Source: Oscillospiraceae bacterium (GTDB lineage: Bacteria > Bacillota > Clostridia > Oscillospirales > Ruminococcaceae). Taken from it: a DNA stretch of 64,000 nt. The translations under genes and the position numbers were made by a program. The notes under the pieces were generated by a model. It worked only from the letters and a program-made list of their open reading frames with translations, was not told the DNA's origin and made no database searches. Shown piece by piece: positions 1-9,979 of this stretch. Each line of letters begins with the position of its first letter. Position 1 is the first letter of the stretch. The stretch lies in the NCBI GenBank assembly GCA_047972265.1, contig JBKEAM010000046.1, forward strand, positions 1,009 to 65,008. The letters are read 5' to 3'.

Positions 1-2
1 AC

Positions 3-2732
3 GATATCCCGTCTACTTTAGTATTGGAAAGCACCACTATTATAAATTGCTGGGCACCCTCCAATGTATATGGTGGCGGCATTGATGCAATGACAAACGC
101 AGTAAATGCTAGTGTAACAATAGGAGGAGCCTCCCTTATTTCTGACAACAAAGCATATTGGGGAGGGGGGATTGCCGCAGCAAACAGCTATATTACCATA
201 GAAGGCGACACAATTATCCAAAAAAATTCTCTGTCTGGTCTCGGCGCAGGCGGTGGGCTTGTTGCATGGGGGGCTATCCTTACCCTTAAAGACAATGTAC
301 AATTTTTAAACAACGATGTTGGAGGAAATCAACCCGGCGGTGCAATTTATTTGCAAGGGTCAAAAGATGCAAGTATAAGTGGAAATGTAAAGTTTGAAGG
401 CAACCGTGCTTGGGTAGGGGGCGCTATTGCTGCGGCCAGTAACAGCTACGGATATACAGGTGTACTTACAATTACCGGTAGTGTAAGTTTTGTAAAAAAC
501 TATGCCAACGGAGACGGTGGCGCGCTGTACATGCAGCTGGGCGGTACTGCCAATATTGGTACAGATAATGCCAGCAACATTGTGTTTTCTGAAAACGCCT
601 GTCTTTCTAACGGCGGGGCTATTTACCGCTTTTATGGCGCCCTTAACATTGGGGCGGGAACACAGTTTACGGGCAATACATTGGATATGCCCTACCGTAC
701 CGGCGCCAGTGGAGGCGCGGTATATGCCAGAACTACCTCGCTTACAATTACCGGTACAAGTGCCCATCGTGTACTGTTTAAAGATGGGCGCGCCGCCAGT
801 TGTGGCGGAGCATTGTGCCTGATTGAAGGAACAACCGCAAATATTTCTTACACAGATTTTATCAATAACCATGCCCGCAATTTTGGTGGTGCAATTGATA
901 TAGACAACAGCGCTGCAACCAACAATGTTACACTGGACAATTGTTTGTTTGATGGGAACTGGTGTATTTCTACCGGCGGAGCTATTGCCGTAGAGGTAAA
1001 CAGGGGAAATCTTACTGTGAAAAACAGTGTCCTAAAAAACAACAGTGCCGGTGGACAGCCTCATGACAGCGGATACCGCTCTGCCAACGGAACCGGTGGT
1101 GCTATTTATTTTGAACGCGGCACCTTGGTAATAGAGAACAGCAGTATTACAAATAACAGCAGCATTAAGCACGGGGGCGGTATTTCTAAGGCGGATTGGC
1201 TTGATCTCACGGAATTTTTAAGCAGCATTACAGTAAGCGGCACAACGTTTACAGGCAACACGGCCAATGTGCTGTATAACATGACAAACCCAACCTATAC
1301 AGCTATACATACCACCAATATAAACCCGGGCGAAGGAACAAAAATATATAGCCAAGGACTAGATTTTGCCTACAACAATTTTGATATATCCTACCAAAAC
1401 GACGGCACTTTGCCATTGCCGACGCTTACAGTTACCTTTGACGCCACAGGTGGCGAGCCAACCCCGGCACCTATAACAGATATAGGGTATGGAGATGGAA
1501 TTGACCGCCCAGGGACTGACCCTACACGGGAAAATGCGGTGTTTGAAGGCTGGGTGACTGAGAACGGCTATTTTTGGGGATTTAATACAACGGCAGGGGC
1601 CAATAACGGCGCGCCGGTGCGCAGTGATATGACCCTTTATGCCAAATGGACTATTACCCAATATTCGGTTACTTTTATGAATGGAACCGAGCGGGTAGAT
1701 TTAAAAATGGTGGATGGGGGGACCCCGGTAACTCCAACCACCAATACCGTAACCCCGCTGGCCTATAAGGCATTTGATAAATGGCTTGACACTGCGGGCA
1801 ACGTATGGAATTTTGATACGCCTGTTACCAGCAATATTGTACTATATGCTTCTTTTACAGATAAGCAATACACAGTAAGCTATAATACAGACGGTGGAAC
1901 ACCAGTGCCTCCCAATAAGGTTACAACCTGGAATGGGGCAGGATTGGTACCTGCTCAAAATCCCTCGCGCGCAGGGTACACCTTTGTGCAATGGGATGTA
2001 ACCAGCGGGGGCAATGGCAGTGGGTTAACTATAGGTGTAAACTCGGGTTCTACCTATGGTGATTTGGCCGCGGGAGAAAGCACAACCACCCTGGTGCTTA
2101 CCGCACGTTGGCAGGCGAATACCGGAGGAGGGTCCAGCACACCACCTGCCTCCTCTACTTCATCCTCTGCCAGTTCTTCGTCCATAACATCTTCTACATC
2201 TTCAACGGCATCATCTAATTCGTCCGCGTCTTCTGAGGCAAGTTCTTCCAGCAGCGCCCGTCCGGTTTCGTCTTCGGCAGGCGGAGGAAGTTCTCAGCCA
2301 GATTCTTCAAGTGGAAACGGTTTGGATATTTTACCGGACGGGAATATTCCGGCAGCAGGGTTTAGAACCTCCTGGAGCCTTATAAGCTTGATTTTCTCGG
2401 TGCTTGCTATTATAATTGCCGCATTTTTTGGGATACGTACCCTTGCAATGCGCCGTAAAACCGAAGAAGAAACGGATGAGGAACAGGAAGAGAAAAAAGA
2501 ACACAAAGGTACAGCGTTTGTACTGTTTACCGTACTTGGCATTTTATTGGGCATAGCAACCCCTGTTGTGTGGTTGATTGTGGATAAGCTAACCCTGCCT
2601 ATGATGCTGGTAAACCGATGGACTCCCTTTATTTTTGTTTTACTTGTTTTAAGCATAGTTAGCCAGGTTGCAGCATCTTTGGCAAAGCGTAAAAAACAAG
2701 AGAATGATGAAGTAGAGGAAGATTTGAGTTAG
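3..2732 (+). CDS. Large cell-surface protein, 5'-truncated by the window edge: Pmp-type beta-helix repeats, three Listeria-Bacteroides (Flg_new) repeats, Ser-rich stalk, C-terminal triple-TM anchor
   Basis: The frame is open from nt 3, with no stop upstream of the TTG at 24 and no signal peptide visible. About 12 GGAI/GGAL/GGGI...FxxN units (GGAIYLQ, GGALYMQ, GGAIYRF, GGAIYFE). Three ~70-aa units end in TLYAKW, VLYASF and VLTARW. A Ser-rich tract follows, then 3 hydrophobic helices separated by acidic/lysine loops. Confidence 0.85.
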   Translation, partial: DIPSTLVLESTTIINCWAPSNVYGGGIDAMTNAVNASVTIGGASLISDNKAYWGGGIAAANSYITIEGDTIIQKNSLSGLGAGGGLVAWGAILTLKDNVQFLNNDVGGNQPGGAIYLQGSKDASISGNVKFEGNRAWVGGAIAAASNSYGYTGVLTITGSVSFVKNYANGDGGALYMQLGGTANIGTDNASNIVFSENACLSNGGAIYRFYGALNIGAGTQFTGNTLDMPYRTGASGGAVYARTTSLTITGTSAHRVLFKDGRAASCGGALCLIEGTTANISYTDFINNHARNFGGAIDIDNSAATNNVTLDNCLFDGNWCISTGGAIAVEVNRGNLTVKNSVLKNNSAGGQPHDSGYRSANGTGGAIYFERGTLVIENSSITNNSSIKHGGGISKADWLDLTEFLSSITVSGTTFTGNTANVLYNMTNPTYTAIHTTNINPGEGTKIYSQGLDFAYNNFDISYQNDGTLPLPTLTVTFDATGGEPTPAPITDIGYGDGIDRPGTDPTRENAVFEGWVTENGYFWGFNTTAGANNGAPVRSDMTLYAKWTITQYSVTFMNGTERVDLKMVDGGTPVTPTTNTVTPLAYKAFDKWLDTAGNVWNFDTPVTSNIVLYASFTDKQYTVSYNTDGGTPVPPNKVTTWNGAGLVPAQNPSRAGYTFVQWDVTSGGNGSGLTIGVNSGSTYGDLAAGESTTTLVLTARWQANTGGGSSTPPASSTSSSASSSSITSSTSSTASSNSSASSEASSSSSARPVSSSAGGGSSQPDSSSGNGLDILPDGNIPAAGFRTSWSLISLIFSVLAIIIAAFFGIRTLAMRRKTEEETDEEQEEKKEHKGTAFVLFTVLGILLGIATPVVWLIVDKLTLPMMLVNRWTPFIFVLLVLSIVSQVAASLAKRKKQENDEVEEDLS
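2124..2312 (+). repeat. Ser-rich low-complexity coding tract (stalk/linker) inside the surface protein
   Basis: Translates to GGGSSTPPASSTSSSASSSSITSSTSSTASSNSSASSEASSSSSARPVSSSAGGGSSQPDSSSGNG; the DNA is dominated by TCN/AGY codons. Confidence 0.8.
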
Positions 2733-2838
2733 TAAGTGTTTTTAACTATTGGTTGGATACAAAGATATTGCTTTATTGTATTTAACAGCCAAACTTGATA
2801 TGTGCATTACTACAATTTTGTTTAATGCCAATTAAAAA

Positions 2839-2877
2839 AGAGCAGTGCCACCTGAAAAGGAAGCGCTGCTCTTTTTA
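2839..2877. terminator. Rho-independent terminator (bidirectional) after the surface-protein gene
   Basis: AGAGCAGTGC...GCGCTGCTCT 10-bp stem with one G-U pair, followed by TTTTT and preceded by an A-run. Confidence 0.7.
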
Positions 2878-3000
2878 TATGTTTTATAGATGAGAGAATC
2901 AAATCATAGAGGGATAGAAACGCCAATATGCAAAAATAGCCTTTATGCACTTTATAAAAACGGCTCTGCCGCACCACAAAACTTATTTTAGAAACACATA

Positions 3001-3516
3001 CTAGTTAGAAACAAAGACGGATTCTTCTATAACTCGGTTTATAAGCCAAGGGCCGTTTTCATCGGTAAGGTGTATTTTACCGGTATATGAGCAGGTGTGT
3101 TGTTTGTTGGCATCCAGGTACCTGCTGTCTACCTTAAATTTAAACCATGTTCCGCCCTCATCTGTTTCGTACGGTTCTAAAGAAATTTTAGAGATAGAAA
3201 CAGGGTTTTTTGTTTGGAGTGAAAGGGATATGCCTCTAAGCAATGTTTGGTTTATAATGCCTGTTTGTTTTCCGTTCTCTGTTAAAAAAGGGTGGTAGGT
3301 TTCGTTTACATACTGGTTTATTTTGCTTTCGCTAAAAAATTGGTTTTCGTCCATTAGCTTTTCGGCCTGCACAAGGGTGCCGGAATATACCTTTGCCAAA
3401 AAGGCATTGGCAATGCTTTTAGGAGAAGTTTGGTTTGTGAAAAAGATGGTTAAGGACAATAAGAATAAAGCAGAAAAAATACAGATAGCCGAAATAATAA
3501 TTCTTTTACGTTTCAT
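3001..3516 (-). CDS. Hypothetical membrane-anchored or secreted protein (171 aa)
   Basis: The N-terminus MKRKRIIISAICIFSALFLLSLTIFF is a signal-anchor. No recognisable catalytic motif. Confidence 0.6.
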   Translation of the reverse strand: MKRKRIIISAICIFSALFLLSLTIFFTNQTSPKSIANAFLAKVYSGTLVQAEKLMDENQFFSESKINQYVNETYHPFLTENGKQTGIINQTLLRGISLSLQTKNPVSISKISLEPYETDEGGTWFKFKVDSRYLDANKQHTCSYTGKIHLTDENGPWLINRVIEESVFVSN

Positions 3517-3744
3517 ATTGTGGATTCCTCTTTTTTGTATTATTGGGCCGTTTTACACCATTATCGTTTATACGTTCGAGAGGTTAAAAATATTTCAAAA
3601 AATACAAATAAATAAAAAACAGTGCAGGACAGAGTTGTTTTAAAGTGGTTTTACAGCAAATAATCTATTTTGCAGGAGGAAAAATAAATGCAAACTTGGA
3701 TAATGCCATTTATAAGATTGGGAAGACAAGGTAAATATGTGTAA

Positions 3745-3787
3745 AATAAAAAAGAGAGGCGAGCCAAGGCGGCGCAGCTTCTCTTTT
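3745..3787 (-). terminator. Rho-independent terminator downstream of the GNAT gene (also usable on the + strand)
   Basis: AAGAGAGGC...GCTTCTCTT 9-bp stem. On the minus strand it is followed by TTTTTTATTTT. Confidence 0.6.
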
Positions 3788-3803
3788 CTGTTAAAGTAAG
3801 TGG

Positions 3804-5021
3804 TTAAAAATAATCTGAGAAATAGGGTGTTTCGTTTGGTATTATTTTTTCTAAAGCATTTATTACACGCCGCCCTGCTTTTAAGCGATCTACCTTAGCA
3901 AGGTAGGTTGGGCGCTTATAGCCCATTAACATTGTGGTAAGGGTTTGTATATCAGTGTAAACCGCTTCGCCTATTGGCTCATTGCCTATGGCAATGGTTT
4001 CATCCTGCCATTGCAGGCTAAAAATACCGTTATTCCAAGAGGCAATAGGGTCTTTAATTACAAAGTGGAAGGGTTCGGCTGTTCCGGCAAAGGGGAACTG
4101 CTCCAAAAAATGTGCAACATCTACAATTCGTGCCATGTAGTAGGGTTCGATGGTTTCTTGTACCTCGCTCTCTTCTATTAAAAAGGCAATGGCTTCATCA
4201 GTATATCCGTTGCCGCGTACCTCGTCTATCATAGAAAAATGGGCCGAAATAAAATTCCACAGCCCCTTACGGGCCTCTTGGTTAAGGTAAAACATCTCTT
4301 TAATATGAAAGACATCTTCGGCTATCCAGTAAAACATGCATCCTTCGGGCTGGTTTTGGACATTGTAATATACCGCAGCGGTACGCTCATCTTCGTTTTC
4401 CCAGCGCCAATATTCGTCCCAATGTATTTTACTGCGCAGCATGGCGCCATGTGTGGCATGGGCAAAAATATCATAGGCAATGCCAACATCATCGTCTGTA
4501 GCCGAAAGGCGCTCTACATGGCCGGATACATCAACCGGTTTTGGTAGTTGGGTGTCTTTAAGCACAAAAGTCATATGGTCGGAAATAATCTCCCAACCTT
4601 TACGCCGGTAATAGGGGATGCTGTAGGGATATAAAAAAGAGATCCACTGCTGTTTTTCCCTCATATCGGTAAGGGCACGCTTAATAAGGTCTACCATCAG
4701 GCCCTGGCTAGAATATTCGGGATAGGTGCCAACACCCGTTACGCCCCCCATTTTTATAATTTTGCCATAAAGGTTTACCTCGCACGGGTAAATGGATATT
4801 TGAGAAACCAGTTCGTCATCCTTATTAAACCATCCATAAACCGAGGCATTTCGTAAAACGGGGCGTTTGGCGCGCTCCAGCTCTCCTTCTTCGTACCCGC
4901 CCTCTTCAAGGTCTTGCTGCGTTACCTGAAAAACATAGCGCAGCAAATCATTATATTGGTTCAGGTACTCCATACCCACTTCGCGCAGGGTAAGATTTTT
5001 ATGCGGCGACTCGCCGTCCAT
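3804..5021 (-). CDS. GNAT-family N-acetyltransferase, Eis-like (about 400 aa, COG4552-type architecture)
   Basis: GVTGVGTYPEYSSQGLMVDLIKRALTDMREKQQWISFLYPYSIPYYRRKGWE is the acetyl-CoA-binding GNAT core with a long C-terminal extension. ATG at 5021 is preferred over GTG at 5030 because of GGGAG spacing. Confidence 0.7.
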   Translation of the reverse strand: MDGESPHKNLTLREVGMEYLNQYNDLLRYVFQVTQQDLEEGGYEEGELERAKRPVLRNASVYGWFNKDDELVSQISIYPCEVNLYGKIIKMGGVTGVGTYPEYSSQGLMVDLIKRALTDMREKQQWISFLYPYSIPYYRRKGWEIISDHMTFVLKDTQLPKPVDVSGHVERLSATDDDVGIAYDIFAHATHGAMLRSKIHWDEYWRWENEDERTAAVYYNVQNQPEGCMFYWIAEDVFHIKEMFYLNQEARKGLWNFISAHFSMIDEVRGNGYTDEAIAFLIEESEVQETIEPYYMARIVDVAHFLEQFPFAGTAEPFHFVIKDPIASWNNGIFSLQWQDETIAIGNEPIGEAVYTDIQTLTTMLMGYKRPTYLAKVDRLKAGRRVINALEKIIPNETPYFSDYF

Positions 5022-5304
5022 AATTAACACGACTCCCTATTTTATTTGTTGGAGAAATTAGACTTTAAAAAATGAACAGACCATTGCTGTTTAAAATCAT
5101 TCTAGCATAGCAGAGATGGCACAACAAGGGCAAATGTGCAATATTTGACCCATATACTGATATGAGATAGCCAAATGCTGTGCAAAGCGGATGGTAAACG
5201 TAGAAATATTAACGAATAATACAAACTTACCTTAATATTGAAGTAAAAATAAAATAAAAAATACTGAGAAAAAGCAAAAAAATAAATATGGAACGGCAGC
5301 GTAT

Positions 5305-5335
5305 AAAAAGAGCCCTCAGAGAAGGCTCTTTTTTG
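5305..5335. terminator. Bidirectional rho-independent terminator downstream of ugd
   Basis: AAAAAGAGCC-ctcagaga-GGCTCTTTTTT. Confidence 0.65.
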
Positions 5336-5344
5336 CGGTAACAA

Positions 5345-6535
5345 TCATCCGATGTGGTATAAATCCCGAGTATAAATTTTAGATGCTGCATCCTCAATTT
5401 CCAGTGTGGTGCGATTTGCAATAATAAGGTCTGCACTTTCTTTAAATATTTCAAGGTCATATTCTATTGGTAATTTTAAAAGTGTTTTATTTGGGGTAAG
5501 CTCGGGCTCGTAAATGGTAATGTCTATCCCGTGTTTTTTTAGCTGTTGTATTATTTTAAAAATAGCTGTTTCTTGCATTTTGTCTATGTTAAAATTTGCA
5601 GCTAAGCGGTAAATATCAACACTTTGAGGTTGGCGGGCCAAAACCTGGCTTACAATATGCTGTATTCTTGCTTCGTTCGATTCTACAACAGCGCTAACCA
5701 TATTGCCGGGGGTTTCTTCAAACTCTGCCAGCAACTGCATAGTGCCCTTGGGCAAGCCGCTGTAGCCATATCCAAAAGAAGGGTTATTGTGGTGCTGCCC
5801 AATGCGAGAATCCATACAAACACCCTCTAGGATATTTTTTGCGTTTAATTTTTTTGTTTCAGAATAGGTGTCAAGCTCGTTAAAAAAGGCAAGGCGCATA
5901 GCATGAAAGGCATTTGAAAAAAGCTTTACGGCTTCGGCCTCTGTAGAGGGCATAATAAGTGACGGAATATCTTTTTTAACGGCAGACTCCACAATTAAAT
6001 CTATAAATTGCTGCGCCTGCTTGCGTTGGGTAGATTTTTGATTAGAAACCCCAACTATAATTCTAAATGGGTGTAAATTATCGTATAACGCATTGCCTTC
6101 GCGCAAAAATTCTGGCGAAAACACAATGTTTATATTTTTATTGGCCTGATAAATAGATTTTGTATAGCCGGTGGGAACGGTGGACTTTACCACCAGCAAA
6201 GAGGAGGGAGATACAGCCGCGGCCTCTTCTATGGCGGCATCTAAAACAGAGGTATCATATACTTTTGTGGAGGCATCATAGGCGGTAGGCAGCGCCAATA
6301 TAATAAAATCGGCGTTTTTAACCGCGGCGGCAAAATTGGTGGTTGCGGGCAGATGAAAATCTTGCCGGGACATAAAAGCAGATATTTCTTTGTCTTGTAT
6401 AGGAGAGATACTTTGATTGATAGCATCTACCCTTGCTTGGTCAACATCGGTTAATATAACCTCGTTGTTTTGCGAGAGCAGAACAGCGATGGAAAGGCCA
6501 ACATAACCGGCCCCAACAACTGTAACTTTTTTCAA
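5345..6535 (-). CDS. ugd: UDP-glucose 6-dehydrogenase / nucleotide-sugar dehydrogenase
   Basis: Rossmann motif KKVTVVGAGYVGLSIAVLL at the N-terminus; family-typical length. TTG start at 6535 is preceded by AAGGAG; the ORF-track start at 6604 adds a non-homologous extension. Confidence 0.85.
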   Translation of the reverse strand: MKKVTVVGAGYVGLSIAVLLSQNNEVILTDVDQARVDAINQSISPIQDKEISAFMSRQDFHLPATTNFAAAVKNADFIILALPTAYDASTKVYDTSVLDAAIEEAAAVSPSSLLVVKSTVPTGYTKSIYQANKNINIVFSPEFLREGNALYDNLHPFRIIVGVSNQKSTQRKQAQQFIDLIVESAVKKDIPSLIMPSTEAEAVKLFSNAFHAMRLAFFNELDTYSETKKLNAKNILEGVCMDSRIGQHHNNPSFGYGYSGLPKGTMQLLAEFEETPGNMVSAVVESNEARIQHIVSQVLARQPQSVDIYRLAANFNIDKMQETAIFKIIQQLKKHGIDITIYEPELTPNKTLLKLPIEYDLEIFKESADLIIANRTTLEIEDAASKIYTRDLYHIG

Positions 6536-7271
6536 CGGTAAAAATCTCCTTCTTAAATGCTTGCGGTTTGCTATTGGTTTGGCGGCTATAACCCATGCGT
6601 CCATTTATTTGTTTGTTAAAACAATTAGCGGGCGGCAAAAGGCACATGGCTGCCGCTGCAAAAAGGACCAATGGGTAATTTAGGATGTACGATGGGACGA
6701 TAAACATAAATATATCTATCTCTTTGCTTAAAGGCAGAGAGAATTAAAAAAATGAAGACCCATCTACCAATAAATAGTAAATGAGTTGTTGGTATAAAAA
6801 AGCTATTTAAAAACGCAAGTAATTTTTGCCTTTAATAAGGCTCTTTTATTTAACCACAATTATGAATGGATGTGTGAATAAATAGCGTAAACAACCATTA
6901 TTTATCGCAGACAACGTGGGTTAAAATGACATAAAATTCATAATTTTTATAATATTTAAACGTATTTATGCGTTTAAATAGAAAAAACAATTTAAAATTA
7001 GCTTTGATAAGGGGCTTGGCATAGATGTTTACCAACAATGTAAAATAGCAAAAAAATGGTAGGAAATACTTGAAGGATACAAAAACAGTGTCGTTCACGA
7101 AAAAAAAATGCTGTTTACGGTGTGGGGCAAAAAAAAAACGTATCTGTATGTTATATTTAAAACATTAATTATAAAGTGATAATGACACATCGTTGCTTGT
7201 AGGTGGTCAAAAGAATGCAAAGAGAAAAATAAGCCTGTCACTTTGCAAAATCACGGGAGGGGAACATAATT

Positions 7272-7820
7272 ATGAAAGAGAAAAGGCGTAAGAAAATTGA
7301 AGGCATGCTTCAGGAGTTTATCCAGCAATTTAGTACGTATGGTATGGATAAGACAACCATCAAAATGCTTGCAACAGCCGTAGATTGCAACGAGGCACTG
7401 CTGTATCAATACTTTGAGGATAAAGATGATATGATTGAAAAGTGCACAGAATATCATCACGAAAAAATCGAAAATGAATTGTCTGCCCTGTGGCTGCAGC
7501 AAATTGGCGATTTAAAAAAACTGGGTGAAAAAACAATTAAATATTTAGACAGCGTAATGGAGCCCTGCCGGTTTATAATGCAGGTTATTGCGCATCCAGA
7601 ATATTCTGATTGTGCAAAAGAGACAGGCATGAAAGAACAAGACCACGCGCACGAGTTTGTAGAAGAACTGCAAAAGATTTATAGTGTAACAGAAGAAGGC
7701 GCAATGGGGATTGCGCTGGGGATTAATAGTTTTGTAAACAACTATATTTTGCGGCCGGACAAAAAATGCTTCTTTTTGCAATATAACGCTCTTACGGCGG
7801 TTTTACAAAAAGCAGCTTAA
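7272..7820 (+). CDS. TetR/AcrR-family transcriptional regulator
   Basis: N-terminal HTH-like FSTYGMDKTTIKMLATAVDCNEALLYQYFEDKDDM; 182 aa; GGGAGGGG RBS. Confidence 0.75.
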   Translation: MKEKRRKKIEGMLQEFIQQFSTYGMDKTTIKMLATAVDCNEALLYQYFEDKDDMIEKCTEYHHEKIENELSALWLQQIGDLKKLGEKTIKYLDSVMEPCRFIMQVIAHPEYSDCAKETGMKEQDHAHEFVEELQKIYSVTEEGAMGIALGINSFVNNYILRPDKKCFFLQYNALTAVLQKAA

Positions 7821-7830
7821 ACTGGGAAAA

Positions 7831-7867
7831 AACAGAACATCCTTTAACAAGGGTGTTCTGTTTTTTT
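7831..7867 (+). terminator. Rho-independent terminator after tetR
   Basis: AACAGAACATCC-tttaacaa-GGGTGTTCTGTT followed by TTTTTTT. Confidence 0.8.
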
Positions 7868-7992
7868 GTAAAGATATTTTATAGTATCGTTTACAAAAAG
7901 GAAAATAGTTGTTATCCTTATAAATACAAAAACAATACCTGTATGTGTAATTTGGCAGTGCTTTATATTGCGGTAGTATTGGAGTGATACAA

Positions 7993-9946
7993 ATGCAAAA
8001 AAAAAAGAGGTATAGTTTACGCAATTGTTTTTGCCGTTATTTTACTTGTATGCCTTGGGTTATTGGCACTTATACCACTAGATAATGTTAAAATTATAGA
8101 GCCGGATGCCTCTTTAAGGGGACCGGAGGGAGAGCTGGAACTTACAGGGTATGATTTTTCTTCTCATTTAGTATACATACCCACGCAAGAATTTGAAAAA
8201 TATGGGGGCCAATTATATATGCCCCAAGATTTTAAAAATGGGGGGGCATTGCCGCAAAACCAAGATGAAAAGTATATTGCAACTTATCGGCTGCGGCTGC
8301 GCCTGCCCCAAGGCAAGCTTTTGGGTATTTCGGGGTACAGCGCAGAATATGCGCAAAAAGTTTTTATAGATGGCGAAGAGGTTTCAGCGGTTGGTGTCCC
8401 CGCAAAAACGGCAGAGGAAATGACCGCAAGCGTAAGTTTTTTACAATTTACTTTATCCCTCAAAACGAAGTAACCGATATTGTTGTACAAAGCTCGGGGT
8501 TTGGGCATATAGACGGCGGGGGGATATTTTCTTATCATATTGGTGGGCAGCAAATAATACAGGCAAGAAATCAACTTTCTTTGCTACGCATTGGCTTTAT
8601 AAGCGGTTGCATTATTTTAACCGGTATTTTATGCTTTGGTATTTTTTCTTTTTTTCCAGAGCGAAAATCCAGCATATGGCTTGGTTTAATGTGCTTTGGC
8701 ATCGCACTTCGCATTTTACTGTTAGAAGAAAAAGCGATTATGAACTTATTTCCCACTTTAAAGTGGGAAATGGTTATAGGAATGGAATACTTATCTTTGG
8801 TTGCACTGGTGTTTTGCATGTTTCAGTACATCAATGCAATATTTGATAAAAAATGCAGCAAATGGGCAGTTGGTTTTACTTGGGCGGTATGCGGTATAGA
8901 CACACTTGTAGTAATAATAATGCCGTCGCTTTTTTATACACGTTTTGTACATTGGTTTCAGTATGCGGGGGTATTAATAGGGCTATATTTGGGCAGCTTT
9001 TTGGTTTATAAAATGTGGATTAAAAAAGAAAAGCGCGGCATAGAATATACATTGCTTTTGGTGGGGTTTGTGGCGTTTTTGGCAATGTCTGCCAAAGATA
9101 TCGTGCAGCACGATTCTGGCAGAAACATACAGGTAATGGGGCTTACTCAGGCGGGAATGGTTATTTTTTTGGTGGCAAATATTGCCGCACTATTATTGCA
9201 GTTTTCTCGTACAGAGGGAGAGCTGGACAAAGCGCGAGAAAACGAAAAAGAGTTGGAAGAACAAAACCGGACACTGGATAAAATGAACAGCCTGAAAGAA
9301 GATTTTTTGGCGATGGTTAGCCACGAGATAAAAACCCCCTTGGCGGTTATCTCGGGCTATGCACAGATGGAAAAATGGAAGATAAAGCAGGGCAATATAA
9401 ATGAAGAAAGCCTGCAAAATATGGAAACCATAAGCATTGAGAGTGTTCGCCTTTCTAAAATGGCAGAAGAGTTTTTGCGGGAATCGGGAAAAAAGCAGGA
9501 GCACCGTGAGAAGCAAAATGTAGACTTGGGTATTTTGGTGGCGGCAGGCGCTGCGTATGTGCAAACCAATTGCCGAGGTGAAAAGAAATACACTAATAAG
9601 CAAAATACCGCCAGAATTACCGCTGTTGTTGGCAAACGAAACACTGATTTCTCAGGTGCTGTTAAACTTAATTGCAAACTCGAACAAAAATACCCAAGAG
9701 GGTGAAATATGCGTTTTTGCATTGCAGCAAAAAAATCATGTGCAAATATCTGTAGAGGATACGGGTGATGGAATTGAGGATGAGATTTTTCCGTATATAT
9801 TTGAGCGCGGTACAAGCGGCAATGATGGAAATGGGATAGGGCTTTTTCTTTGCCGCGAAGTCATTCAAACACACGGCGGCCTTATTTGGGCCGAAAACCT
9901 GGAACTAGGCGGGTGCAGGGTTTCGTTTACACTTCCGGTAGCGTAA
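7993..9946 (+). pseudogene. Sensor histidine kinase (7TMR-DISM-like extracellular domain + 7 TM + HisKA + HATPase_c) interrupted by three frameshifts
   Basis: ATG at 7993 with a GGAGTG RBS. The reading frame must switch at the A10 tract 7997-8006, at the T6 tract 8437-8442 and near 9538-9545. Across those breaks the protein reads MQKK..GIVYAIVFAVILLVCLG (anchor), the extracellular domain, 7 TM helices, SHEIKTPL (H-box), then NLIANSNKNT...DTGDGI...GIGLFLCREV (N, G1, G2 boxes). Confidence 0.8.
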
Positions 9947-9979
9947 TTGCGGTTAAAAGTAAGATGAAGGGGCGAGATA

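Noticed and set aside
2124-2312. Repetitive Ser-codon DNA that could be mistaken for a tandem repeat, VNTR or CRISPR-like array.
   Set aside because: There is no fixed period and no spacer-repeat organisation. It stays in frame as a Ser-rich linker within the surface protein.
2331-2345. LPDGN just before the first C-terminal TM helix, as a possible sortase (LPXTG-like) motif.
   Set aside because: It lacks the T-G pair, and it is followed by three TM helices with long charged loops rather than one helix and a short basic tail.
8607-9815. Several alternative-frame ORFs within the histidine-kinase region (8607-8846, 9193-9603 and 9357-9815).
   Set aside because: They are by-products of the frameshifted kinase gene and its antisense strand, not separate genes.
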